63,773 bases of DNA, filler included, from Octopus bimaculoides (GCF_001194135.2; 7 parts of 6 records of this genome joined end to end with filler, not necessarily neighbours in it), one strand, 5' to 3'. Counted from the whole stretch's first letter, positions 1 to 12,222 are shown. The notes: generated by a model from the letters alone, not told the origin. Translations and numbers: made by a program.

Positions 1-132
1 TTATTTTATTTTATATTATATATTGTATATTATATTATATATTGTATATTCCATATTCTATACCCCACATTGGTTCTGCAGGAATATAAATAAAACATAA
101 AAAACAGACAGTGTTGGAACTCTTTTAAGCAA

Positions 133-168
<36 letters not shown>

Positions 169-302
169 GTGGAGAATGGAGCAACAAATACAAGAAGAAG
201 CAATTCTGTTGGGCTAGTTAGCCGTTGTTTTATTGTGTGGAGGTTATGTAATGAGTCATTGTGAATGTTATGTAATAGTCATTTACGTACGTTATATATA
301 TA

Positions 303-1171
303 TAAGATCTGATCAATAAGTATCTGAACTGTTGCCATAGTAACGAAGCTAAAGCATGCAGAGTGAAGATGTTTGACCAAAATGGACCTTGAACTCTGCT
401 GTGCATGTGCACAAAGTTTTAATGTTCTAACTGACTTCCACTGTTTACAGCAGTGCTTGGAAGGAAAGTGTGTAGCATGTGATCCTTGCATTGACCATGA
501 CAGAGAAAGTTGAGCAGAGAATGTACATGATATTCTGCCAAAAGCTTGGTGATACCTGCTCAGAGGCCTACGAAAAGTTTTCAAAATATTTTCTTTGTTC
601 TTGACACAATCAAGGAGATCTTGTGTAGCTGAAACCTGAGTGTCTCTTTGATCAGCTGAAAGCAGTTTTGGCACAAACTTGGCAGACACCTCTTTTACCC
701 AAACCTTCAGTGATAATAGACTGAACTGAACCGTAACTAATCTGCCCATCCTCTGATAACTTATGGATGGTGATTTGATGATTTTCCCTCACAGCTGCAG
801 CACATCTGCAATATTTTCTCAGTTCTGCTGGTTGCAGGTCTCTCGGAACATTCATCAATATTGACATTTATTCAGCCATCTTGGAAATGTCCGAACCACC
901 CACACACTCCTCTCCGTACATTTTCTGCAACCTTGCATAGGCCTCTGAGTAGGCATTGCCAGGAAAACTTCCTGTCTTGGTCAATGTGATGATCACATGC
1001 TACACACATTCCTTCCAAGCACTGCTGTAAACAGTGGAAGTGAGCTAGAATGTTAAAACTCAGTGCACATGCACAGCAGAGTTCAAGGTCAGTCTGTGCC
1101 AAGCGGCTCACTCTGTGTACTTTAGCTTTGTTACTATGGCAACAGTCCAGGTACTTATTGATCAGACCTCA
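303..1171 (-). mobile_element. Non-autonomous mariner derivative with an inverted duplicated 5' end (foldback)
   Basis: Termini (a)gatctgatcaataagta...ttgccatagtaac (about 305) and gttactatggcaac...tacttattgatcagacctc (about 1130-1170) are inverted and TA-flanked. Minus-strand remnants encode mariner HTH/WVP-region sequence (ISYGSVQSII, VSAKFVPKLLSADQ). The left ~280 bp are an inverted copy of the 5' end. Confidence 0.8.
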
Positions 1172-1364
1172 TATATATATATGTATATATATACACGCAC
1201 ACACACACACAGACATACATATTTTGTCACTCTTTGGTGTTTATGAGTGAGTTATTTATCTTATACGTATAGACATATATATATATATATATTTATATAG
1301 ATAGATGAATATTTACACATATACACAAATATCATGCATAGACTTGCCAACGCATACATAGATA

Positions 1365-1755
1365 TGTAGTGGCACGTGTGGCCGCCATCTTGGGAAGTGC
1401 CATTGCGCATGTGCAAGAGATTTGCCGTCAGCGGAAGTACCCAAGCATGCATGTGCAATGCAACAGGTGGAGAGAGAGCAATAGCGTTCCCTCTCTTATT
1501 CATCCAGCCGGCGTCGTGACAAGATGTTCTTTTAAACTCTCTGACAACCCGACCCTGACATGTGGTCGAAACATCCTTTGGTATTCTAGTGGCATGCCTA
1601 TTCACCCAGGAACAAAATGGCTCTACACCAAACAGGAATAAATCATTGATCTGTTGTTACCGTTATCCCTTGTGTTGTTGTATTTCTGAATTTAATTATT
1701 AATATAAGAACTGGGGAGAGATGGCCGAGCCGTCATATCTCATCCAACTCTTATA
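1365..1755 (+). mobile_element. Probable solo LTR (391 bp)
   Basis: Begins TGTAG and ends TTATA (possibly decayed TTACA). Flanked on both sides by GATA (1361-1364, 1756-1759). AATAAA at 1637-1642 is followed by a GT-rich tract. GC content is above the flanks. Confidence 0.55.
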
Positions 1756-1977
1756 GATAAATATATATTTGTGTGCTTGCAGAAAAAGAAATACATATGT
1801 ATGTGTGTATAAAAACAATATAAACTCCACTTAATTACTCTCTCACCTTATCATTTCATCTGTTTATTAATTTGATTCTTTCTCTTGTCCTTCTGATGTT
1901 TTTTTTTCTTCCAATTCTTGCACCCCACCCACTTTAGGGGGACACCATTTTTTAATATGTCTTAGTTGATTTTTCAG

Positions 1978-2234
1978 ATCAATCAACCAAATAAAGAAGG
2001 TTACACACCTCTGCATCTAGCCTGTGAGAGGGGAAACAAAAACATCGTTCAGTACCTACTTGGTTGTAATGCTGATGTAAATGTGAAGAACCGTGAGGAT
2101 GCAACACCTCTCAGTTTAGCCTGTAAGAAAGATCACCCAGACACTGTTTGTCTGTTACTGCAGATGAGTAATCCTGATTGCAATGTAGTGTACGATGATA
2201 AAGATAACACACCTCTACACTGGGCTATTCAAAC
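1978..2234 (+). CDS. MIB2-like ankyrin/RING gene, internal exon A (ankyrin repeats); gene continues upstream of the window
   Basis: ttttcag acceptor and ac|gtaagt donor. Encodes INQPNKEGYTPLHLACERGNKNIVQYLL...DATPLSLAC...DNTPLHWAIQ (TPLH ankyrin motifs). Confidence 0.92.
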
Positions 2235-2749
2235 GTAAGTCCCCATTGATCTGGAATATCCATATTTGTTTCTTTTGTTTTCAATAATCTTTGATTTTAT
2301 TGAGTCCTTCATGTCATAATCCCATCATGGATCATGGATCCTTCTACTCTCTTTCACACTGTAATGGCAAGGTAATCTACTTCATTAATTAATCGTCACC
2401 ATAATTATTGTTGTTGTTATCTGACTAGATTCTTTACTTCATCTCATCCTCTGTTAATATTACAGATTCAAATTCACTCTCTTCTCACTTTCACTCCATG
2501 TAAAACTCAACATCTCTCTTTCTCTCTCTCTCTCTCGTTAGCAATGTTCATCTTTCTTTTGACCCTGGGCTAAATACAGAATCATCACCTTATATTATTT
2601 AGTTTTGTCTCTATGTTCCTACTGGAATATCTACTGTCACTCTGGAGTTGATAATTTGTAATACCAGTAATATCCAGGGGTCATTTAATAAACTTTTCCC
2701 ACCTCTCTTGTTCTTGTGTCTTATTACTTTGTATTATTCATGACTACTC

Positions 2750-2915
2750 TTTTACTTGTTTCAGTCATTTGACTGCGGCCATGTTGGAGCACCGCCTTTA
2801 GTCGAGCAAATCGACCCCAGGACTTATTCTTTGTAATATTGGTCTCTTTTGCCGAACCGCTAAGTTACGGGGACGTAAACACACCAGCATCGGTTGTTAA
2901 GCGATGTTGGGGGGA

Positions 2916-2991
<76 letters not shown>

Positions 2992-3160
2992 TATCTACGA
3001 CGGACTTCTTTCAGTTTCCGTCTACCGAATCCACTCACAAGGCTTTGGTCAGCCTGAGGCTATAGTAGATGACACTTGCTCAAGGTGCCACACAGTGGGA
3101 CTGAACCCGGAACCATGTGGTTGGTAAGCAAGCTACTTACCACACATCCACTCCTACGCC
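2750..3160 (-). mobile_element. tRNA-derived SINE, family A
   Basis: Reverse-complement match to 21558-21943 (tRNA-like head, (CA)/(TA) spacer, tail ...gctccaacatggccgcagtcaaatgactgaaacaagtaaa). Confidence 0.85.
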
Positions 3161-3548
3161 TATAACATTCAGACTCTTAACATTCGGAGCTTAAAACCTG
3201 CTGAGGTCAACTTGGCCTTCTATCTTTGCAAGGTTGATCAAATGCAATACCAGTCATGTACTGGGCTCCATATAATTATACCCCCATCTCCTAAGTTTCA
3301 CCTCTATATAACAGTTATTTATTGTACCATATATACATTGCTCTGTTTACTCAGGTATGTATATATCGTTGTCTTACTGTGTAATGTGTATGTTAACTAT
3401 ATGGGTGTGTGTGTGTCTAAATAACTGTTGACGCAATTAGGTTTTAGTGACCTAATTACACTTGTTTTACATTAATTAATGACCTAATAATTACTAATAA
3501 TCTCAATTTCTGTGATGCTTGTATGTTTTCTATTTCTTTGATTTTCAG

Positions 3549-3585
3549 GAATCACTATGATATGGCTTTATTGATTCTATCCAAG
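3549..3585 (+). CDS. MIB2-like gene, 37-nt exon B
   Basis: ttttcag acceptor and aag|gttag donor. The phase-2 entry completes T and then reads NHYDMALLILSK, finishing the ankyrin helix started in exon A. Exits in phase 0. Confidence 0.85.
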
Positions 3586-3834
3586 GTTAGTTGTCATTCT
3601 TTTTCACTTGTTTCAGTTGTATGACTGGCCATGCTGAAGCACTGCCTTTAAGGGTTTTATTCAAACAAGTCGACCTCAGGACTTATTCTATCAATCTCTT
3701 TTGCTGAACTACTGCATTACAGGGAGCACAAATACACTAACAATGGTTGTCAAATGATGTATATGTATATATATATATATATACATATGTATATATGTAT
3801 ATGTATATACTCTTATATATGTATATATATGAGA

Positions 3835-4195
3835 GAGAATCGTGATGTCGTAGGAGAGAAATGTGTCCGCTTGGATGATGGCTCACTTGCACTAAACGAG
3901 GCTGCAAAGATAGAGGTTTGGAGATGCCACTATGAAAGGCTGTTTAATAAAGAGAATGAATGGGAGGAAGAGAGTCTGCTGCATGTCGACCCAACAGAGG
4001 GACCAGCTATCCTAATTGACATTACCTTGGTAGATAAAGCAATCAAGATTATGAAGACAGGGAAAGCCCTCGGCCCATCAGGAATCACTGCTGAGATGCT
4101 CAAAATATCTGGCAGTGTTGGCTATAGCCTAGTCACCCGTATAGTCAATCAGGTAATACATGAAGGAGTCATACCCAATGACTGGTGTAGCAGGT
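3835..4195 (+). mobile_element. RTE-type non-LTR retrotransposon ORF fragment (tether/pre-RT region)
   Basis: Encodes VWRCHYERLFN...KAIKIMKTGKALGPSGITAEMLK...IPNDW, the typical KAxGPxGIxAE...IPxDW region. Confidence 0.85.
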
Positions 4196-4326
4196 CGACT
4201 TCACTGACAAGCATAAAATGTACATGATCAGTTTGATCAAGTGCTCAATAGAAAACAGTAATGGCATATTAATATCCATCATAATTTCCATGTAAATTTT
4301 TGTCTTCTATTTTTACCTCTACAAAG

Positions 4327-4533
4327 CACATGGTGAAATTTGATACGGAGAACAAAGATGGAATGACACCATTGCTCCTTGCTGTCTCTGAGGGTCACCT
4401 CAGATTAATCCAACAATTCATTTCAAAAGGAGCAAATATAAACGCTGAGAATGCTGAAAAAGAAAACTGCCTGCACTACGCTGTAAAGAATTATTTTCAT
4501 TCTGAGGAGAAGTCCATAGATATTTTAGATGAG
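4327..4533 (+). CDS. MIB2-like gene, exon C (ankyrin repeats)
   Basis: Pyrimidine tract plus aag acceptor, and gag|gtaagt donor. Encodes HMVKFDTENKDGMTPLLLAVSEGH...ENCLHYAV...DILDE. The acceptor position is less certain than the donor. Confidence 0.88.
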
Positions 4534-5029
4534 GTAAGTTTTAAAATTGTTTGTGAATATATAAGAGATGGAAGCAGATCTAGTTTCTCTGTATAACCCT
4601 AGTTATATTATGTAACTAACAATATTCCATCAACTTCAACCATCAAAGAGATAGCTCTTTCACTGTAGAGAATGTAACCCATCTCAGATGTTGGCCATAT
4701 ACACACATCCACAACAGTGTGAAGGGGAGCTGATTTACTGAACAGAGGAGATATTATTCCTAATAATCAAAAATTCAGGATAATGGAAATGACAACTTTT
4801 ATAGCTCTGGTGCCATGATAAATCACCCAGTTCATTCTATGAAGTATTTTATGATTGAAACATCTCCCCTTTCACACTTCTTGTACACAACATATACCCA
4901 CTGATTTCTTGTGGATAGTTCATAACAATGTTGAATTCTTGAACACTTGAAAGTGAGTGTAAAGAAGATCCTTTGTGAGTTTCCTGTACTTAAGCTTTGT
5001 ATGTTCGATTATATATATCATCATTATCA

Positions 5030-5350
5030 TCATCATTGTTTAACGTCCGCTTTCCATGCTAGCATGGGTTGGACGGTTTGACTGAGGACTGGTGAACCAG
5101 ATGGCTACACCAGGCTCCAATCTGATTTGGCAGAGTTTGTACAGCTGGATGCCCTTCCTAACGCCAACCACTCCGAGAGTATAGTGGGTGCTTTTACGTG
5201 CCACCGGCAGGAGGTACTGGCAATGGCCACATTCGAAATGGTGTATTTTACATGCCACCTGCACACGGGCCAGTCCAGCGGCACTGGCAACGATCTCGCT
5301 CGAATGTCTTTTCACATGCCACTGGCACAAGTGCCAGGAAGGCAACGTTG
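5030..5350 (-). mobile_element. RTE 3'-UTR/tail repeat (short element family)
   Basis: Reverse-complement match to 56960-57270 and to the end of the LINE at about 11850-12015. Other copies at about 7975-8150, 14205-14480, 16085-16200, 16395-16490 and 50655-50790. Confidence 0.8.
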
Positions 5351-5357
5351 GTAACAG

Positions 5358-5392
<35 letters not shown>

Positions 5393-5946
5393 TTATACGT
5401 ACACAAAGGTACCAGCATCTAATGATCAGAAGATTTGATGCTTTGATGGTATTTATTATCAACTTTTGCAGAATTCAAGCAACTCTCTGATTTCCATATG
5501 AATAAAGGCCACTACAGGTGTGTGACAATATTTTGATGGTCATCTGTGTGGTTATAACATCTACTTTGGTAAAAAGAAGCCATTATGACAGTCAAATCTT
5601 ACCCTGTCTGATGGAATTGTTTATCAGACTAACAGTTTGAATGGTTTAGCAACTACAATGTATTGGTGTGCTGCCTCAACTGTGATACCAGTTCTTACTT
5701 TTACTTCCCCTTCATCATCTAAAGATGTTTCTTCATTAATAATGGAAACATTATTGATATGTTTGGATATGTCTTTGTGGTGTTGGTCATGTTATGTCTG
5801 AAGAAATTTCCATGTTGTTCTGTGTTAGTTCTGATATAACATATATTATTTGTTGTCATGTTGTTGTGTTACAGTCATATATAAAATACTCTTCCATCAG
5901 TATTTCTTTTGGTATGGCTTGTTGGCTTTATCAAACCAGCTATATA

Positions 5947-7175
5947 TTGGGTTGGCAACTAAGTTCCCGCTGTTTTTTTAATCTAAATTTTTTAAAAGGT
6001 TTAATAAAAAATAACAACTAATTAATTAATAATGTATTCACCCTTGTTGTTTACAACTTCTTCCCCACGTTCAACAAGATCTTCAATACCTCGTTGGTAG
6101 AAATCACCCGATTTTGACTCTCCTACCAAGCTCTCAATTCTGCATCAGTATTGAACGAAACTCAGTGCATAGCATTTGAAAGAGATCGAAAGAAGTGGAA
6201 ATCCGTTGGTGCCAAATCAGGAGAATACAGCGGGTGTGGCAGCACTTCCCAGCCATGCATTTGAGTGGCTTCCTTGGTCATATTGGCGATATGAAGGCAG
6301 GCGTTGTCGTGCAGCAGAACTCCATGCTGCCAACTTTCTCTTGAATAGCCATGTTGAGTTGTTCCATCCGTTGAACTGTTTGGTTCTGTTCAAGCAATTC
6401 ATAATGGAAAGTCTCTTCCCAGTCCCACCATACGCACAACATCGTTTTACGCGGATGAAGATCTTGTTTCACGCGTGGTGTCGCTTGTTTACCGGGGTTA
6501 AACCATTCCTTACACTGCTTCATATTCATGTACAGGCACCATTTTTCGTCGCCAGTAACGATTCAGTAAAGAAATCGTTGCTTGTGTCCATGAGTTGAGC
6601 AGTGACAAGCAAGCAAACCAGTGGAGATTGTGGCTCGTTGATTTTTGTTGTTGTCACTTAAAGTATGCGGAACCCATGCTCCATACTTCTGAACCTTTCC
6701 CATTGAGTGAAGATGCTTCAATATAGCAGTGTGGGAGCATTCCATTTTCTCTTCCAGTTCCCTTGTCATTTGACGAGAATTTTTGTGCAAAAGTTGGTTT
6801 AATCGCTCTTCATTGAACTCAACTGGACAGCAAGAACGAGGTGCGTCTTTGAGGTCAAAATTTCCATTTTTGAACTTAGTATACCAATAACGAGCGGTTC
6901 TTTCAGCTATGGCACCCTCTCCATACACAGCACAAATGTCACAAGCTGCTTTTGCAGCTTTAGAACCTTAATTAAAAACAAAAAGGAGGTGTTGAAAATG
7001 CTCGTTTTTCTTATACTTGACATTCCATTTTAATGATCTGAAAATAAACAAAATTTAACTAAAATTAATTAGAAAAAAAACAAAATAGATTCCAAAATAA
7101 TTCGAAACTAGAATTCTCAAAAAAAAAAATAGATTCCAAAATTTAAAAACAGCGGGAATTTAGTTGCCAACCCAA
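5947..7175 (-). mobile_element. Near full-length decayed mariner (DD34D) transposon in an intron of the MIB2-like gene
   Basis: TIRs ttgggttggcaactaagttcccgctgttttt / aaaaacagcgggaatttagttgccaacccaa with TA on both sides. Broken minus-strand transposase starting at ATG 7028 with WVPHTL, IVTGDEKW, MLCVWWD and YSPDLAP motifs. Confidence 0.95.
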
Positions 7176-7315
7176 TACATAAGTTCTTGTGTTTTATCAT
7201 TGTGATATTTGTTCCATTATATTTCCTATATTTGACACGATGCTATGATTTTGTTTACCTCTAATATATATTTGTGTAATACTAAACTCATCGTTTTATA
7301 TTTCACTATTTGTAG

Positions 7316-7515
7316 TTCTCCTTTAAGCTCTCTTTGAACAAAGATGACAGGCTTTCTGGAACAGTAGTAGCCTGTTATCTAGCACATAGTGGAGCCGACT
7401 TTTACCACGAAAACGATAAAAAGGAGATCCCATTGGATCACATAGCGGATAACAATACAAAAGAGAAAATCAAAACATTATTCCCACAACCATTACAACC
7501 ACCATCACCACCACG
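7316..7515 (+). CDS. MIB2-like gene, exon D (terminal ankyrin-like repeat)
   Basis: tttgtag acceptor and cg|gtaagt donor. VACYLAHSGADFYHENDKKEIPLDHI resembles the ACFLAxxGAD...N...PLDL segment that precedes the RINGs in Mind bomb proteins. Confidence 0.88.
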
Positions 7516-8167
7516 GTAAGTATTCGCTAGGTATAACGAGATAAACCTGTACATCTTGCATTTTGTCTATAATTGTGTTTATATGTTTTAGTTTTAATCC
7601 TACCAATACATTATACTATCATTAGTGTCTTGACCAAAGGCCACACAACAATAGAAAGAAGAACAATAAACAGAAAATACAGTTGTTAGAACACTATCTT
7701 AATTACATTCACATGATTTGCTGTGTTGACTGTCCACCTCCCCTACCTCTCTTAATTCCCTATTTTAAAGATCTGTGACCATCAGGAAAATTTAGTACTA
7801 AATAATGAAGTGAATGAACATATTTTGAAATTGTTACTGAAAAGAAAGTAGAATTTATTTATCTACCAACATTTTTCTATCTCTTTTCTCTGTCCCAATC
7901 CGTCATCATCCTGTAAGGTTTCTTAAAAGAAATATGATTAACAAATACATACGAACAGTGCATATCATCAAACATCCATTTTCCATGCTGGCATGGGTTG
8001 GATGGTTTGACTGAAAACTGGTAAGCTGGTGAGCTGCACCAAGTTCCAATCTGATTTGGCATGGTTTCTACAACTGGATGCTCTTCCTGTCACCAACTAC
8101 TCCAAGAGTGTAGTGGGTGCATTTTATGTACCACTGGCATTGGTGCCAGGGCTTAACAGGTCCTCTC

Positions 8168-8199
<32 letters not shown>

Positions 8200-8465
8200 T
8201 TCTACGTACATATATACATGCATAATGAAATTCCATTATGCAGCTGAGGAGTACATTTTCATTGTACATTTTATGTAGTGTTCTCACTACATAAATAAAT
8301 GGAGCTTGTATGAAACGTGCGTACTGCTATAACCTATTGAATTTTTGTTGCTTTTCTTCAAATTTTATTCACCAAATCTCTTGATTTTGTTTTTGGTTTT
8401 TACCCTACCAAATTCTGGTGCCTCAAACATTTTAAGTACCACATTTAATCTTTTGATTAAATCTA

Positions 8466-8496
<31 letters not shown>

Positions 8497-8970
8497 TATA
8501 NNNNNNNNNNNNNNNNNNNNNNNNNNNNNNNNNNNNNNNNNNNNNNNNNNNNNNNNNNNNNNNNNNNNNNNNNNNNNNNNNNNNNNNNNNNNNNNNNNNN
8601 NNNNNNNNNNNNNNNNNNNNNNNNNNNNNNNNNNNNNNNNNNNNNNNNNNNNNNNNNNNNNNNNNNNNNNNNNNNNNNNNNNNNNNNNNNNNNNNNNNNN
8701 NNNNNNNNNNNNNNNNNNNNNNNNNNNNNNNNNNNNNNNNNNNNNNNNNNNNNNNNNNNNNNNNNNNNNNNNNNNNNNNNNNNNNNNNNNNNNNNNNNNN
8801 NNNNNNNNNNNNNNNNNNNNNNNNNNNNNNNNNNNNNNNNNNNNNNNNNNNNNNNNNNNNNNNNNNNNNNNNNNNNNNNNNNNNNNNNNNNNNNNNNNNN
8901 NNNNNNNNNNNNNNNNNNNNNNNNNNNNNNNNNNNNNNNNNNNNNNNNNNNNNNNNNNNNNNNNNNNNNN

Positions 8971-9203
8971 TCTTCCACCACAACTTTCTCTCACTCTTAC
9001 TTCCTGTTTCTGTTGTGCCTGTAATTCAAAGGGTCAGCCTTGCCACACAGTGTCACGCTGAATATCCCCGAGAACTACGTTAAGGGTACACGTGTCTGTG
9101 GAGTGCTCAGCCACTTGCACGTTAATTTCACGAGCAGGCTGTTCCATTGATCGGATCAACTGGAACCCTCGACATCGTAAGCGATGGAGTGCCAACAACA
9201 ACA
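8971..9203 (+). mobile_element. SINE family C, 3' part
   Basis: Matches the reverse complement of 52232-52608 and ends in a (caa)n tail. Confidence 0.8.
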
Positions 9204-9605
9204 ATTTTATAAGCACATCAGCTGATAGTACAGTAGTGAATTCAAAAATGTGGCCAAAGTGGCATGATGATGGATAATCTTGTGAGATTTTGCCAAGTCA
9301 TCTGCTAGATGTGAAAACTGTAGTGTGTCAATACCTAGAGAAGTTATACATTCAATATATGGTGACTGATAGAGGATATATGCCTGGATGTATGTCTCTA
9401 GACAGCTTCCAGTAGAGTAATATTCTAGACAAAATGGGGGTTCCTGGTTGAAGAAGCATGTATAACTTTAAATAGATAGCTTGCGGATGGCAGACGCAGG
9501 TCTTACTGAGTGATGCTTAGGCACCTTTGAGCTTTTTGATGATTTTAGAGATGTGGTTTGCTCATCACAGTTCAATGTTGACATTAATACCTTTTCATTA
9601 CACAG

Positions 9606-9766
9606 ATTTTCATGTAAGTGGTGTAACGAAGATGAGCCCACTACGAAGATCTATTCCTGTAAGCAAGCTCATTTGGTGTTATGCAATGATTGTTTTATCA
9701 AAACTGGGCGTCCAGAATGCACCTCCTGTCAAAAGCCCTTAAACTTAAAAAGGAAAAGTAAACTTG
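9606..9766 (+). CDS. MIB2-like gene, exon E (RING finger 1)
   Basis: cacag acceptor (phase 2, matching exon D) and g|gtaag donor. Encodes CKWC-x11-CKQAH-x3-CNDC-x8-CTSC. Confidence 0.88.
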
Positions 9767-9881
9767 GTAAGAATATTATTTAATGATCTGTCTATTTATC
9801 TCATTGATTTTTATAAGTGTGGAATAATGTACTTATGTTGTTTTGTGAACCCAGGTATGCCATAATCTGGCATATTTAAGA

Positions 9882-10505
9882 TTAACCCTTTAGCATTTAA
9901 AATGGCCATATCCAGCCAAAATATTGTATTTGTTTTATGTTCAAACCAGCTAGATCTGGCCTCTTGCACCAACCCTACAATCTCATTCTAAAAATAAAGA
10001 ATCACTTCATCAAAATCTCAAATCTACACGATAATGCTTGATAAATTCAAAACCATGTGAATAAATAAGCATGTAGGGAAGTGGTTATACACCATTAGGT
10101 GTACTCCGCTCTCGTACATTAAATTTCTTGAATAAAACAACAGGAACGCAGACTCTAAACTATCAACACAACAATATTTATTACAATAGAATTCGGCAGC
10201 ACTTCGCCCTTTGGTTACTGAGACGCCGTCAATGAAGTTCGTGGTTATTTGTGTAGCTCCAGTGCTGGGTTGTGAGAGAGCTCTGTTGTGACGTCTAGGC
10301 TCTACGAAGGTCAGCTAGCAAGAGGGTGAAAGAAGCGGGAACGTTTGGATATCGATGACTACGCATGCGCATGAGACTCTTCCTGTATTCCTTCCGGAAC
10401 TAGTCCCTGCGCAAGCGTGGATAAACTTTCCGGAAATGTCATCTGCTATTAGGTGTCACTACAAGCATTACATTTGACCAAATAATCTGAATGTTAAAGA
10501 GTTAA
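9882..10505. mobile_element. piggyBac-like MITE (interrupted by a solo LTR)
   Basis: TTAA-CCCTTTAGCATT ... AATGTTAAAGAG-TTAA termini. Related copies at 17296-17400 and 17732-17951. Confidence 0.8.
10072..10463 (-). mobile_element. Solo LTR (392 bp)
   Basis: TGTAG...CTACA inverted termini and a 4-bp TSD AGCA (10068-10071, 10464-10467). The related MITE copy at about 17905-17920 has a single AGCA (empty site). Minus-strand AATAAA at 10177-10182. Confidence 0.85.
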
Positions 10506-11199
10506 AAGGCGTCTTTTCTCTGTGGTACTATGTCTATCACTACATATTCTCTTTACCCAATTGAAAGATTTGTCAGCATCAAACTAATTGATTGACACCT
10601 CAAAGTAAATGGTGACTAACTGAAATGTTGATAGACCTCCATGGTTCTATTTGTAAACACTAACTTTTTACAGTCAGTTTTGAGTGATTAGAAGCAATTA
10701 ATGATTTATCAGTATCTTGAGAAATTGATAAAGACAATGGTACAGTGGTGACATTTTTAGAGAAAACATTTCGTTTTCAGACAAATTTCTTTATTGCCTT
10801 TTTTTTATTTATTAGTATTTTTAATGCTGATTATGGAAATAACTTTTGTTTTTATCCATTTCCAATATTTTACTTGAAATTTTATTTTGAAGACCCCATT
10901 TTTGGCAAAAATGAGATAACTTGTCTTTCCATATTTTTTTTATTTATTGCTTTTTTTTTTCCAGCTTTATCATCAAAAGGAAAGGGGAATTACACATTTA
11001 TTTTACTCTTTTTTTTTAGCATGTCTTCTCAAAAATCTTTTTTATATATATATTTATTGCATTTACCTTCAGGGAAATTGAATTGCTTGACATGTAGCAA
11101 AGAAGAGTCTTGACATGTGGCAGATGTGCAGGTACAGTAAACATCAAGAATATATAAAAAATAGACTCCTTCATATGCGGGTGGGGGTGGGGGGTATCC

Positions 11200-12015
11200 C
11201 GAGAAGTAGTAGACAGTTTCTGTTACTTAGGTGACTAAATTAGTAGTTGGAGTTGTTCTGAAAGCATAGCTGTTAGAATAAGAATAGGCTGGGTGAAGTT
11301 CAGAGAGCAACTACCTCTGTTAGTAATGAAGGGCTTCTTCCTCGGAGTGAAATGCAGACTGTACGATGCCTTTGTAGGAACAGTTATGCTACATAGCAGT
11401 GAGACATGGGTTGTAACTACTGAGAATATGGGAAGGCTTGAAAGAAATGAAACCAGAATGCTTCCCAGGGTGGGTAATGTTAGTGTGCATATGACAGAGT
11501 GTAAGTGATCTGAGAATAAATCTAGGTATATGAGGCATCAGGTGTAGTGTGCAAGAGAGAAGACTGCACTGGTATGTAATGTGTATGAATGAAGACAGTT
11601 GCATCAAGAGGTGCTGATCTCTCATTGTAAAGGGAACATGTGGAAGGGGTACACCAACAAGATGTGGGATGAAGTGATGAGAAAGGATCTACAAATGTTA
11701 GGATTTACCGAGGGATGATGGGACTGCAACTCCTGGGGGTTTGCCGTACTTGAAAAGGCATGTCAAGCTAAGTAAATGAGTGGCTGCCTTTGCATATAGG
11801 CTTGTCCTCTGCAGCTGAGCATCCCTAATCTTGTGGGCCCATAGGTGTTGGTGCTGCATAAAAAGCACCCAGTACACTTTGTGAAGTGGTTGGCATTAGG
11901 AAAGGCACCCAGCCATAGAAACCATGCCTGAACAGTCCTTCAGCTGGTCAGCTCCTGTCAAACCATCCAACCCATACCAACATGGAAAATGGACATTAAA
12001 TGATGATGATAATGA
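11200..12015 (+). mobile_element. RTE-type LINE 3' end (decayed) with 3' UTR and (gat)n tail
   Basis: Encodes EVVDSFCYLGD, WVKFREQLPLL, MLHSSETW and RLERNE. Ends ...catggaaaatggacattaaatgatgatgat. Confidence 0.85.
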
Positions 12016-12166
12016 TGACCATCATTTTTTTAAATATCTAACTTCCATGGCCCTTTCATAATCCTACATTTTCACAGACTATTTCTTGGTTGTAATTTCC
12101 TGTTAAATTGCCTGATTCATAGTTTTCAACCTAAATATACTAACAGTTGTGCATTTATCATTTCAG

Positions 12167-12222
12167 ATGAGTCCCAAGTCGACGACCAAACCTCATGTAC
12201 ATGTACAACATGTATGGAGTGA
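12167..12222 (+). CDS. MIB2-like gene, last exon F up to the premature TGA
   Basis: tttcag acceptor (phase 1, matching exon E). Reads (D)ESQVDDQTSCTCTTCME then TGA at 12220-12222. Confidence 0.8.

Noticed and set aside
1538-1580. ctgacaa...gacc-loop-ggtc-gaaac in the solo LTR, resembling a hammerhead
   Set aside because: The core box deviates (CTGACAA plus extra bases) and no stem I or cleavage triplet is evident.
5590-5790. Minus-strand ~50-codon stretch (…NVSIINEETSLDDEGEVKVRTGITVEAAHQYIVV…) that looks protein-like
   Set aside because: No recognisable motif, flanked by stops and no clear splice sites; probably a decayed TE.
8345-9061. Long ORFs in the track made of X, or of poly-I/Y/H/T/L/S (also about 27046, 28872-29306, 35084, 49143, 51353-51942, 52893-53383, 55415, 57401, 60571, 61977)
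   Set aside because: They arise from N gaps and microsatellites and have no coding signature.
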